A stretch of DNA of 64,000 bases, taken from assembly GCF_036321535.1 (NCBI RefSeq), contig NC_087437.1, positions 50,346,001 to 50,410,000 on the forward strand. The letters run 5' to 3'. This document shows, piece after piece, positions 26,930 through 38,990 of the stretch. A program made the translations under genes and the position numbers. The stretch comes from Camelus dromedarius. Taxonomy: Eukaryota. The notes under the pieces were generated by a model. It was not told where the DNA came from. It saw only the letters and a list, made by a program, of their open reading frames with translations, and made no database searches. The stretch's first letter is position 1, and each line of letters opens with the position of its first letter.

Positions 26930-27033
26930 ACACATGTGGCAGTTCCAGAAACAGCAATATTACAGACAGTTGCTAATTTGGACACTCTTGTAGCTGTGAT
27001 AGAATGTCAGCAACCAGAAGCGGACTTGTACAG
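26930..27033 (+). CDS. ATP11B: ATP11B exon 7 (104 bp) THVAVPETAILQTVANLDTLVAVIECQQPEADLYR
   Basis: ttcag|ACA...ACAG|gtatgg. Confidence 0.95.
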
Positions 27034-27295
27034 GTATGGTGTGATTACCATACTCATTTTAAGTCCTATTTACAGATCTTGTTTTTACGATCATAAATGA
27101 GTGATGAAATCTTTAGCTTATTGAAGACATTATTGGAGTGAGCAAGGCAGGAGATCAATTAATGGGGGAAAATGGTAAAGGCAGAATTTACCAGAATTCT
27201 AAGTTAAAGTTGATTCAAAAGTACTACTTTTATTCCATTTACCTTCTTTTTTGGCATGAACTGGTTTTATAACAATAACAGTAAACTTTATAATA

Positions 27296-27492
27296 CGGGG
27301 AATGTATAGCTCAAGTGATAGAGTGCATGCTTAGCATGCACAAGGACCTGGGTTCAATCCCCAGGGCCTCCCCTAAAAATAAATAAACCTAATTACCTTC
27401 CCCCCTACACACACACAAAAAAAAAAAAGAAAGAAAAAGATAACTATAACTATTTTTGTAAACTGACTATAACTCAATAAAAAAAATATTTT
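27296..27492 (+). mobile_element. tRNA-derived SINE (vic-1-like) followed by an L1 3'-terminus
   Basis: A/B boxes, A-rich tail; perfect 14-bp TSD taaactttataata 27282-27295 / 27493-27506. Confidence 0.88.
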
Positions 27493-29358
27493 TAAACTTT
27501 ATAATAGTAACTATAACAGAAATAAGATTATTTCCTTAGAAGAAAATAATCTAATGAGGGTGTGTGTCTGTGTGTGTACTTCATGAAGGCATGTCTTTTT
27601 GTTCACTAGGAACTAATTCCCTTTTAATATTACAATTCATTAAATAAAATGTAAGTCATCTTTCAACGATACGCTGCTTATTGTGGACTATGGAATAGAA
27701 ACAACTTTTTATTATTAAAGACTTACAAATTAAACTTATTTTTACTCAATAATTGGTGATAGAATATAAATTACAGCCATATTGTTAAAATTACCCTCAG
27801 TTTTTTGTCACGTATCTCCCTCTGTTGGTTGAAGTGTTTCAAAATCTTATCATTAGTCATTGGCTTTTTCAAATCTCATCTTTGTTCTGGAACCATATAT
27901 TTATAATGGAGTTTTCTCTATGTGATGTTCTAAGTCTTGCATTTTCATCAAAGTCAAATGCAGTATAGAGTTTTCCAGTTAACTGTAAAAGTTTGGAGTC
28001 TTGTGCTTTAAGAGCATTGTAACTATAAAATAGAGTTAATGGAAAAATTTAGTACTTTATGAGTTCTATATTGCTGTTATTTCCAAGTGCCAGGCAAGGG
28101 TAAATTATAAGATTATTAAAAACTAGAAAATGATGCAGCATTAAGCAAGCATAAGATTAATATGAGATCAAATATGACTAACGCTTTGGTGGGTGGTTTT
28201 TACATTATTTGGAAAATGGGGAGAAAATTTTTTAAAACTTTTTAATTACTGTTAAATATAAGGTCTTCCTTATTATTTTTTCTTTTCCTCTTCCTTAATA
28301 AAAGTGTGTATTTTCTTTTAAATATTAACGTAACATAACTATTACGGAAGACTGTTAGAATAGAAAGATAATTCGTAATTATGCCATTATTTCAAAAATT
28401 TTACAGCTATTTTTATTCATTTATTTAACAAATTATTGTTGAGCACCTATGTGCTCATTATGATAGGTGATAAATAAGATGAGTAAGCATAGTTTCTGTC
28501 CTTGAGGAACTCAAGGTATTTTATATATAATAAATATACTCAAAGATATTATATATAATATATTAAATTATATTTTTTCACTTTATTATATGTTATATAT
28601 GAGGGAAGCATTGAAAGCATTTTCAGTGTCCAAGTAGGAGAATGCTTAAATGGGTATATGGTACAGATAGAAGATGAAATATGCAGATAATAAAAATGAT
28701 GCTTTCAGAGAATTTAATGACAAAGGTACATACTAAAATATAATATTAAATAAAATAAGAGTTGTGGTTTCATATGATCCCAATTATATGAAAAGAAATG
28801 TGTATGTATTTGATGGGTAGGTAGTTAGGAAGATAGAAAAAATATATAGGTATAGAGAGAAACTTGGAAGAATTACTTGTCAGAATGTTACTAGTTGTTT
28901 CTTGGTGTTAGGATTTCAGCTGCCTTTTAATTACCTTTTTTATTCTCCTAATTTTTTTAATATTTCTTGAAAGAATATGGGTTGTTTTTATCATTGAAAT
29001 ATTTTACATCTTACTGCACAGTATTCTTCATGATCATTTTTTTTAACATTTTTTATTGATTTATAATCATTTTACAATGTTGTGTCAAATTCCAGTGTTC
29101 AGCACAATTTTTCAGTTATTCATGGACATATACACACTCATTGTCACATTTTTTTCTCTGTGAGTTATCATAACATTTTGTGTATATTTCCCTGTGCTAT
29201 ACAGTGTAGTCTATTCTACAATTTTGAAATCCCAGTCTATCCCTTCCCACCCTCCACCCCCCTGGTAACCACAAGTCTGTATTCTCTGTCTGTGAGTCTA
29301 TTTCTGTCCTGTATTTACGCTTTGTTTTTGTTTGTTTGTTTGTTTTTGTTTTTGTTTT

Positions 29359-32300
29359 TTAGATTCCACATATGAGCGATCTCATATGGTATTTTTCTTT
29401 CTCTTTCTGGCTTACTTCACTTAGAATGACATTCTCCAGGAGCATCCATGTTGCTGCAAATGGCATTATGTTGTCGGTTTTTATGGCTGAGTAGTATTCC
29501 ATTGTATAAATATACCACTTCTTCTTTATCCAGTCACCTGTTGGACATTTAGGCTGTTTCCATGTTTTGGCTATTGTAAATAGTGCTGCTATGAACATTG
29601 GGGTGCAGGTGTCATCCTGAAGTAGATTTCCCTCTGGATACAAGCCCAGGAGTGGGATTCCTGGGTCATATGGTGAGTCTATTCCTAGTCTTTTGAGGAA
29701 TCTCCACACTGTTTTCCATAGTGGCTGCACCAAACTGCATTCCCACCAGCAGTGTAGGAGGGTTCCCCTTTCTCCACAGCCTCTCCAGCATTTGTCATTT
29801 GTGGATTTTTGAGTGACGACCATTCTGACTGGTGTGAGGTGATACCTCATTGTAGTTTTGATTTGCATTTCTCTGATAATTAGTGATATTGAGCATTTTT
29901 TCATGTGCTTTTTGATCATTTGTATGTCTTCCTTGGAGAATTGCTTGTTTAGGTCTTCTGCCCATTTTTGGATTGGGTTGTTTATTTTTTTCTTATTGAG
30001 TCGTATGAGCTGCTTATATATTCTGGAGATCAAGCCTTTGTCGGTTTCACTTGCAAAAATTTTCTCCCATTCCGTAGGTTTTCTTCTTGTATTATTTCTG
30101 GTTTCCTTTGCTGTGCAGAAGCTTGTAAGTTTCATTAGGTCCCATTTGTTTATTCTTGCTTTTATTTCTTCTAGGAGAAAATTTTTGAAATGTATGTCAG
30201 ATAATGTTTTGCCTATGTTTTCCTCTAGGAGGTTTATTGTATCTTGTCTTATGTTTAAGTCTTTAATCCATTTTGAGTTGATTTTTGTATATGGTGTAAG
30301 GGAGTGTTCTAGCTTCATTGTTTTACATGCTGCTGTCCAGTTTCCCCAACACCATTTGCTGAAGAGACTGTCTTTATTCCAACGTATATTCTTGCCTCCT
30401 TTGTCGAAGATGAGTTGACCAAAAGTTTGTGGGTTCGTTTCTGGGCTCTCTATTCTGTTCCATTGGTCTATATGTCTGTTTTGGTACCAATACCATGCTG
30501 TCTTGATGATTGTAGCTCTATAGTATTGTCTGAAGTCTGGGAGAGTTATTCCTCCAGCCTCTTTCTTTCTCTTCAGTAATGCTTTGGCAATTCTAGGTCT
30601 TTGATGGTTCCATATGAATTTTATTATGATTTTTTCTAGTTCTGTGAAATATGTCCTGGGTAATTGGATAGGGATTGCATTAAATCTGTAGATTGCCTTG
30701 GGCAGTGTGACCATTTTAACAATATTGATTCTTCCAATCCAAGAGCATGGAATATCTTTCCATTTTTTAAAGTCTTCTTTAATTTCCTTCATCAATGGTT
30801 TATAGTTTTCTGTGTATAATTCTTTCACCTCCTTGGTTAGATTTATTCCCAGATATTTTATTACTTTGGGTGCTATTTTAAAGGGGATTGTTTCTTTACT
30901 TTCTTCTTCTGTTGATTTATCGTTAGTGTAAAGAAATGCAACTGATTTTTGAACGTTAATTTTGTAACCTGCTACCTTGCTGAATTCTTCAATCAGCTCT
31001 AGTAGCTTTTGTGTGGACCTTTTAGGGTTTTCTATATATAGTAGCATGTCATCAGCATATAATGACACTTTTACCTCTTCTTTTCCAATTTGGATCCCTT
31101 TTATTTCTTTCTCTTGCCTGACTGCTGTGGCTAGGACTTCCAGGACTATGTTGAATAGGAGTGGTGATAGTGGGCATCCTTGTCTTGCCCCAGATTTTAG
31201 TGGGAAGCTTTTGAGTTTTTCACCGTTGAGTACTATGCTGGCTGTAGGTTTGTCATATATAGCTTTTATTATGTTGAGATATGTTCCCTCTATACCCACT
31301 TTGGCGAGAGTTTTTATCATAAATGGGTGTTGAATTTTATCAAATGCTTTTTCTGCATCGATGGAGATGATCATGTGGTTTTTGTCCTTTCTCTTGTTGA
31401 TGTGATGTATTACACTGATTGATTTGCGTATGTTGAACCAGCCTTGTGTCCCTGGGATGAACCCCACTTGGTCATGATGTATAATCTTTTTTATGTGTTG
31501 TTGGATTCTATTTGCTAAAATTTTGGTGAGGATTTTGGCGTCTATGTTCATCAGTGATATTGGCCTATAATTCTCTTTTTTTGTAGTGTCTTTGCCTGGT
31601 TTTGGTATCAGGGTGATGGTGGCTTCATAGAATGAGTTTGGGAGTATTCCTTCCTTTTCAATCGTCTGGAAGAGTTTGAGAAGGACTGGTATGAGTTCTT
31701 CTTTGTATGTTTGGTAGAATTCCCTGGTGAAGCCGTCCGGTCCTGGACTTTTATTTGTAGGGAGGTTTTTAATTGCTATTTCTATTTCCTTTCTAGTGAT
31801 CGGATTATTCAACTGTTCAGATTCTTCTTGCTTCAGTTTTGGTGGACAGTATGTTTCCAGAAACTTGTCCATCTCCTCTAGGTTATCCAGTTTGGTTCCA
31901 TACAGTTTTTCATAATATTCTCGTATGATATTCTGTATTTCTATTTTGTTTGTTGTAATTTCTCCATTTTCCTTTCTTATTTTGCTAATTTGTGCTCTCT
32001 TTTCTTCTTTGTGAGTTTGGCCAGAGGTTTGTCGATTTTATTTACTTTTTCAAAAAACCAGCTTTTGGTTTGGTTGATTTTTTTCTATGGTCTTGTTAAT
32101 CTCTATTGTATTTAATTCCTCTCTGATCTTTATTATTTCCTTCCTTCTGCTGCTTTTTGGGGCTTTTTGTTCTTCTTTTTCTAATTCATTCAGGTGGTGG
32201 GTTAAATTGTTTACTTGAGATTGTTCTTCTTTTTTGAGGAAGGCCTGTATCGCTATAAACTTCCCTCTTAGCACTGCTTTTGCTTTGTCCCATAGGTTTT

Positions 32301-33148
32301 GAGTGGTTGTGCTTTCATTATCATTTGTCTCACGGTATTTTTTAATTTCAGCTTTGATTTCCTCATTGATCCATTGTTTTTTCAATAGCATATTGTTTAA
32401 TCTCCATGCTTTCCTTTTTTTCTCCTTTGTTTCTCTGTTGTTGATTTCCAGTTTCATGGCATTGTGGTCAGTAAAGATGCTTGAGATAATTTCTATCTTC
32501 TTAAAATTGTTGAGGTTTCTTTTGTGCCCAAGTACATGATCGATCCTGGAAAATGTTCCATGTGCACTTGAAAAGAATGTGTATCCTATTTTTTGGGGGT
32601 GTAATATTCTGAAAATATCCACCAAATCTAGTTTTTCTATTGTAGTATTTAATTTCTCTGTTGCCTTGTTTATTTTCTGTCTGGAAGATCTGTCTAATGA
32701 TGTTAATGCAGTGTTAAAATCTCCAACTATGATTGTATTCCCATCAATATCCCCCTTTATCTCTGTTAGTAATTCTTGTATGTACTTAGGTGCTCCTATA
32801 TTGGGTGCATATATATTAACGAGTGTAATATCCTCATCTTGTATCACTCCTTTAATCATTATAAAATGTCCTTCTTTATCTTTCTTTATGGCCTTTGTTT
32901 TAAAGTCTATTTTGTCTGAAATCAGTACTGCAACACCTGCTTTTTTGGCTTTTCCATTTGCATGGAATATCCTTTTCCATCCTTTCACTCTCAATCTATA
33001 TGTGTCCTTCTCCCTAAAGTGGGTCTCTTGTATGCAGCATATTGAAGGTTCTTGCTTTATATCCAGTCTGCCACTTGTGTCTTTTGACTGGAGCATTTAG
33101 TCCATTAACATTTACAGTAATTAATGATAGATGTGTGTTTATTGCCAT
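29359..33148 (-). pseudogene. L1 ORF2 (endonuclease/reverse transcriptase), frameshifted near the N-terminus and at ~32000-32095; C-terminal 837 aa open
   Basis: ATG GCA ATA ([18 protein letters not shown]) at 33148; ORF-track pieces 32050-33096 (EN: GDFN, RIDH) and 29359-31872 (RT: QGCPLSP, YADD). Confidence 0.93.
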
Positions 33149-33553
33149 TTTGAACTTATCTTTGCAGTTGAATTGGTATATCCTCTTTGTTCCTTTCTTC
33201 TTCCTTTTGTGGTTTGGTAATTTTCCTTTGTATTATCATGGATTTTATTTAATTTTTGTGACTCCTTTGTAAATTTTTGGCTTGTGGTTACCCTTTTTTG
33301 TAAATCTATCAACCCATTACTATAACTGTTTTTATTAAACTGATAGTAACATGATCTCAAACCCATCCTACTGTTAAAAAAATTTAAAAAAGAAAGAAAA
33401 AAAATATTCTATATTTCCCTGCCTCCCTCTCCCACTCTCAGTAATTTGTATGTCTTCTTTTATAATTTCATGTTTACTTTATTTGTAATTCATGTGTTAT
33501 CACCTTTCCAGTTGTGTGTTTCTCATTTCTGTAGCATCCTGCTGCTTTTCTAT

Positions 33554-34458
33554 TTAGAATAGCCCTTTCAATATTTCTTTTAGCATGGGTTTAGTGTTGC
33601 TAAACTCCTGCAGCTTTTTTTTTGTCTGTGAAACTCTTTATTTCTCCTTCTATCCTCAAGGATAGCCTTGCTGGATAAAGGATCCTAGGCTGCATCTTTT
33701 TTTCATTCAGGGCTTTGAATATATCTTGCCACTCCCTTCTGGCCTGTAGTGTTTGTGTGGAGAAATCAGCTGAGAGCCTTATGGGGGTTCCCTTGTAACT
33801 TACTCTTTGCTTTTCTCTTGCTGCCTTTAGAATCATTTCTTTATCCTTGACTCTGGCCATCTTGATTATGATATGTCTTGGTGTGGGTCTATTTGGATTC
33901 TTCCTGTTTGGGACCCTCTGAGCTTCCTGTACTTGGATATCTGATTCCTTCTTTAAGTTTGGGAAGTTTTCAGTCATGATTTCTTCAAAAACCTTTTCAA
34001 TCCCCTTTGATCTTTCTTCTCCTTCTGGGACCCCTATTATGCGAAGATTGGGACGCTTTATATTATCCCATAGGTCCCTTATGCTATTTTCATTATTTTT
34101 TATTTGCTTATCTTGTAGTTCTTCTGAATGGGTGCTTTCTATTGCCCTGTCTTCTAGATCACTAATTCGTTCCTCTGCATTATCTAGTCGGCTTTGCACA
34201 GCTATTAGATCATTCCTCATCTCTGTCAGTGAGTTTACCTATTCTACTTGGCTCTTCTTTATAGCTTCAATTTCATTTTGACATATTTTATATCTCTATA
34301 AACACTATCTCTTTTAATTCCTTCAGCAATTTGATCACTCCTTTTTTGAAATCTTAATCTAGTAGGCTATCGATGTCTATTTCGTTTATCTTTCTTTCAG
34401 GGGATTTCTCTTGTTCTTTTAATTGGGAAAGGTTTTTCTGCTTCTTCATCTTGCTCAT
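33554..34458 (-). pseudogene. L1 ORF1 (RNA-binding protein), disrupted
   Basis: MSKMKKQKN start at 34458; stops at 34354-34356 and 34239-34241, indels ~34277-34299 and ~33620; RPNLRIIGVPE, PRHII, ARREW and YPARLS motifs; terminal TAA at 33554. Confidence 0.9.
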
Positions 34459-34859
34459 ACCTCTTTGGCACTGTGGTTTATGGAGTATCAGTTGTTTATT
34501 TTGGTCCTTAAGGATTTTATCTATCTAATGCCTATTTAGGAATAGAACTTAGGAAAAAAAGAAAAAAAAAATAGAGAGAGAGAAAGAATTTTAAAAGAAG
34601 GGAGAAAGAGGGTTTGAAAACAGTGTATAATGAATAATAGAAGAGTGAGTTGAAGCAGAGTATTAATTGGGTTGAGACGTCCTTTTAAAACCTTTACAAA
34701 AAAGGGGGGGGGGAGATGAATAGATGTATTTGAAACCTGTGTCTAATCAATAGCAGGACATCAAAACCCAAGAGAAATAGAAATGAATTAAGAAGTAAAA
34801 ATTAAGAGAGTAATAGAAAATAGAACAGGTAAAAACAGATTTAAAAAAAGGGGGGGGGG

Positions 34860-36121
34860 TTGTCGGTGTTCTCCTGGAGTCTGTGTGTTTTTAATGTGAA
34901 GTCTTTCTGTCTTCGTCCTGTTTTGGAAGCTCAGCTTGCCGTTTTCAGAGGCCCTCCGTTGGCGCCCTCTTCTGTGCTACTCCCAGCACCTGTCGGCAAG
35001 CCGATCGCGCCTCCTCCTAACACTGGGTCAGGTGCAGCTCTCTGCTGTGGGCGGGCGGGTCGCTGCCCCTCCAGATGCCTCAGTCAGATGTTGCAGACTG
35101 GCCGAGTAGGAGGGTGGGTCTTGCCCCCTCCCAGCACCTCGGTCAGGGGCTGTGTTCTTGCCCGAAAGGCGGGGGGGCCGCTCTCCCTCTACCTGCGCCG
35201 GTAGCTCCGCTCTCTGTGCGGCTGCGCGCTCTGTCCTGGTCGGCGCTCCGCAGGTGGGCTCAGGGAAGACTGAGGGACAGCCCTGTCCCTGCTCCCAGCG
35301 AAAACCCAGCTCCTTGTTTGTCTTTGTGGAACAAGTTCTCTGAGGGACCAATGGAAGGATCCTATCTGCCCCGGGCTGCAGGCCAGTGTCAGTCTGGCCT
35401 TTGAGGCTGCCCAGCCCTTCCGTATGGATGCAGGTTTCGCCCCGCCCCCGCCTGGGTGCTCAGCGCAGAGGATATGGCGGCTGTGCCTGAGCCCCGCCTC
35501 TCTTCCCCCGAAAACTTTCCGCGGGTTTTCAGAGATGGGGGTGTGCACCCTTCCCCCGAGAGCACATCAACCTTGCTGTTTTATGGAGGGCCCAGGTTGT
35601 TCTGCCCTGTGCACCCACAGTCACAGCGTGCAGTCCCTTACAGAACCCCGGGCCTGCCTCTGTGCAGCCGCCCCCGTCCTCCACCCGGCTTGTGCAGCCT
35701 GGCCCTGCCCGCCGCTGCCGGCCCGCTCTCACGCTGGGTGTTGGGGGGACGCTCTGTGCCCCTTTTAACTTAGTTCTGTTAATCAAGGGCTGCTCTGTAC
35801 AGATCCGAGCCTCAGAGGCACCCCCTCCGTCCTGCTGGCCTCTCGGTTGGAGAGGGGAGACCCAGCGAGCGAGTGCCAGTCCTCCTTTGCCACTCCCTCC
35901 CCCGCGGGACCCGTCTTGCGCTGCTTTGCCTTTTGTTCTTTCTTTTTTCCTTTTCTTCTACCAGATTTTTGGCGTCTTTATCTTTTGAAGAGGGCGATGT
36001 TCTGTCAGAGTTCCGCAGGTGCTCTGGTTGGCTGAGTGGGTCTGTAGACGTGGGTCTTGGTGTATTTGTGGGAGAGGGTGACCTGCGAGCGTCCTTTTAC
36101 TCCGCCATCTTCTCCGTCTCC
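34860..36121 (-). promoter_or_regulatory. L1 5'UTR CpG-rich internal Pol II promoter with YY1 site
   Basis: Only strongly GC/CpG-rich segment in the window; AAGATGGCGG (rc of 36102-36111) ~10 nt from the element 5' end. Confidence 0.8.
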
Positions 36122-36269
36122 CATGATCATTTTTAATGGCTGCCTAATAGTCTTAGTAAAGGTACTAGAATCTAACCATTCTGCAGTCTTTGAATACCTG
36201 ATTCTTCCATTATTTTGCTGTTAACAAATACTGCATGGCACCTTATTACACTTAAGTTCTCCAATTCAA

Positions 36270-37590
36270 AATCCAGTAGTTGGATAGTTCATTATTCCCT
36301 CCTCTTTGATACAGTTTGTTCCCTTGCCTTCTGGGACACTCCCCTCTTGATTTTCCTCTAATTTCACTAGTTCTGACTTCTTGATGTTAGCGTGCTCCAG
36401 GACTATTCTCAGTCCTCTTCCCTTCTCTACCTATACTCTACCTATACTATGTATGGTCACTCCTTTGTGATCTCATCCAAGCTCTTGACTTTAAAGACCA
36501 TCTACATGCTGTTGATTTCAAATTTATATCTCCATCCCAGACTTCTTTCCCAAGCTTCGAATTCTTACATCCAAATTCCTGTTCCACAATTCCACTTGGA
36601 TATTTAGTAGAAATCTCAAACGTAATCATATTGAAAGCTGAACTCCTGACCTTCCCTCTGAAACTTTTTATGCTAACAGCCTTTCCCAACTCAGTTGATG
36701 ACAGTCCATCCTCTCAGTTGTTCAGGGTCAAAACCTTGGAGTCAGCAATGACTCTTCACATACCCTAACTACTCACTTCTTCTCACCTCCTCACCCACAT
36801 CTCATTTCAATCTGTCAGAATGTCTTATTGGTTTACCTTCTTTAATATATCCAAAATCTGACCATCTTTCACCAGTTTCACTGCTACTGACTTGGTCCAA
36901 ACCAGCATCATCTCCTCCTTGGATTATTGCTGTCAGAGGCATCCTTACTGTTTTTTCTGTTTTTACCCTTCTTTTCCCTGCAGTCAGTTTGTTCTCACAA
37001 AAGTAGCCAGAGTGATCCTTTTTAAATGTAAGCCAGATTATGTCATTTCTCTGCTCAAACGCTGCAGTGACTTTTCTATCTCACTCCAAGTTAAAGCTCT
37101 TATCTTTATAATGATCTATACGACCTTACTGATTTCCCCCATCTCCAGTATTTCCTCTCTGACCTAGTTTTTGGCCCTTCTCCCTTTTGCCTCACCCTCC
37201 AGCTACATTGGCTTTCTTATTTTCCCTTGAATATGCCATACCCACTCCCACCTTTTCACTAACTGTTCCTTATCTAGCTTCTTTACCACCTTCTACTCTT
37301 TGCTTAAATCACCTCCTCAGTGAGGCTTACTTTGACTGTGTAATACTGGGACCTAATTCTTACTCTGTTCTGCTTTTCTTTTTCTATAGCACATAATACC
37401 TTTTAGTATACTATGTAAATTACTTGTATTTATTGCTTATTATTTCCCTCTCCAACTAAAATGTAAACTCAAGGACAGGCATCTTTGTGTGTTCTGTTCA
37501 CTGATGTATGTGTGTTCTGTTCACTGATGTATCTCAAACACCTGAACAGATCTGGCATATTGGAGTCACTACTACATGTTTGTTGACAAT
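36270..37590. mobile_element. L2 (LINE-2) fragments
   Basis: CT-rich; gtagccagagtgatcttttaaatgtaag, aaaccttggagtca, tgtttgttga-type 3' end. Confidence 0.7.
37486..37531. repeat. Perfect 23-bp tandem duplication tgtgtgttctgttcactgatgta
   Basis: Directly visible. Confidence 0.9.
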
Positions 37591-38529
37591 AGAAAAGAAT
37601 AAATATATTATGTACTTAATTTTTTACACTTAAATTTTCCCTTTTATTGAATAATTTCTCTGTGATATGTGCAAGCAAGATTTGTGTGTATATAGTTCAC
37701 TTAGCTATTGAATTGAAGTACCTAGAACAGTGTCAGGCACATAGCAGACACTCAGTAATTAACTGTTGATTGAGTGGATGAATGATAAAGAGTTCCAAAG
37801 TGTTACTTGATCAAAGTATGTGAGAACGTTTTTATTGCCCATTTATTCATCAGATAGTGCCTCCAATAACTGAGGCATAGTGCTTGACACTGGGAATACA
37901 ACAGTAAAGAAGCAGCGATAGCTCCTGACTCTCAGAGTTTATAGTCCAATATTCGATTATTCCCTAAGAACAAACAGCTGCAAAAATGGAGTTAGTGGAT
38001 TAAAACCCTAATTGAGTTTGGCCTTTGATAAACATACTGACACATTACTTTATGGAAACATTGAATTATTTTTTATTGCCATGAGCAAAGTATTGTTTCA
38101 GAATTTTACTGCTATTAAGTATTATAGTTTTGAAATTTTTGCTAATTTTGTAGATAATAGTTTTATAGTTTTAAACCTAGTTTTAATTTGCTTTTTTATT
38201 AGAAAGGCTAAACATTTTTCTGTGTTTATTAATTTTTCTCCCTTGAACATTGTCAGTTCCTTCCCAATTACCTGTTTGTTAACTTGGGTTACATTATCTT
38301 TTTAAAGAACTTAAATACCTATTTGAGGAGAGGCTAGAGCATGGTAAGAAATTATCTCTGTCAAACCATTAGATGAAATAAAAACAGGTTCTACAGGTGC
38401 CTTTTTCACAGTATTCTCCATTTTCTCTTTTTTATGCTCCTTTGCTCTTTTTGTTCTTTCTTTTTATTCTTTCCACTTTTTTTTTTTTTTTTTTAAGCCT
38501 CTGACTCATCACTTCCACTTCTAGGAGGT

Positions 38530-38990
38530 TTTCCTAACGAAATAATGAAATTCTACTTCTAGGAATTTACCTTAATGAAAATGTGAAAACATATGTACAG
38601 AGGGTTGTTCAGGGCTGCATTGTTTAGACTATCCATAAATTGGAAAAAACTTAAACTTCCATCAGTAGCGAATTACTTAAATACATCATGTAATAACTCC
38701 AAAATACAATACTATATGTGGCCATTAAAAATAATGATGTAGTTGTTTTTGACAGAGCACATTGGGGGGGGTGTTACCAACCGTATTTATGGTATGATTC
38801 CATTTTTATACATGAGATATATAAGTATTTACCTATATGCATATGAAAAAAAAGCCTAGAAAACATACCTTAAAATGTTAACAGTTTTATTTGAGTAATG
38901 GAATTACCGGTGGTTGTTATTTCCCCCTTTGATGTCTTTTCATATTTTCAGAATCATTTATAAAATGTGTATTTAGTCTTTATAAATCAG
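38530..38990 (+). mobile_element. Ancient L1 (L1ME-type) 3' end
   Basis: ttctacttctaggaattta, tactatatgtggccattaaaaataatg. Confidence 0.6.

Larger units (their letters stand above)
29042..36121 (-). mobile_element. Full-length LINE-1 (~7.1 kb), antisense in ATP11B intron 7
   Basis: 13-bp TSD catgatcattttt (29029-29041 and 36122-36134) at a TT/AAAA site; GC-rich 5'UTR, ORF1, spacer, ORF2 (EN, RT with YADD, C-terminal Cys/His region), 3'UTR with AATAAA. Confidence 0.97.

Noticed and set aside
29359..33148. Novel or domesticated reverse-transcriptase system
   Set aside because: Ordinary L1 ORF2 within a TSD-flanked element with disabling mutations
29858..34281. Plus-strand ORFs of 100-186 aa
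   Set aside because: Antisense shadows of L1 ORF1/ORF2
34860..36136. Cluster of 60-119 aa ORFs on both strands
   Set aside because: Expected from stop-codon scarcity in the GC-rich L1 5'UTR; no recognisable domains or ORF0 homology
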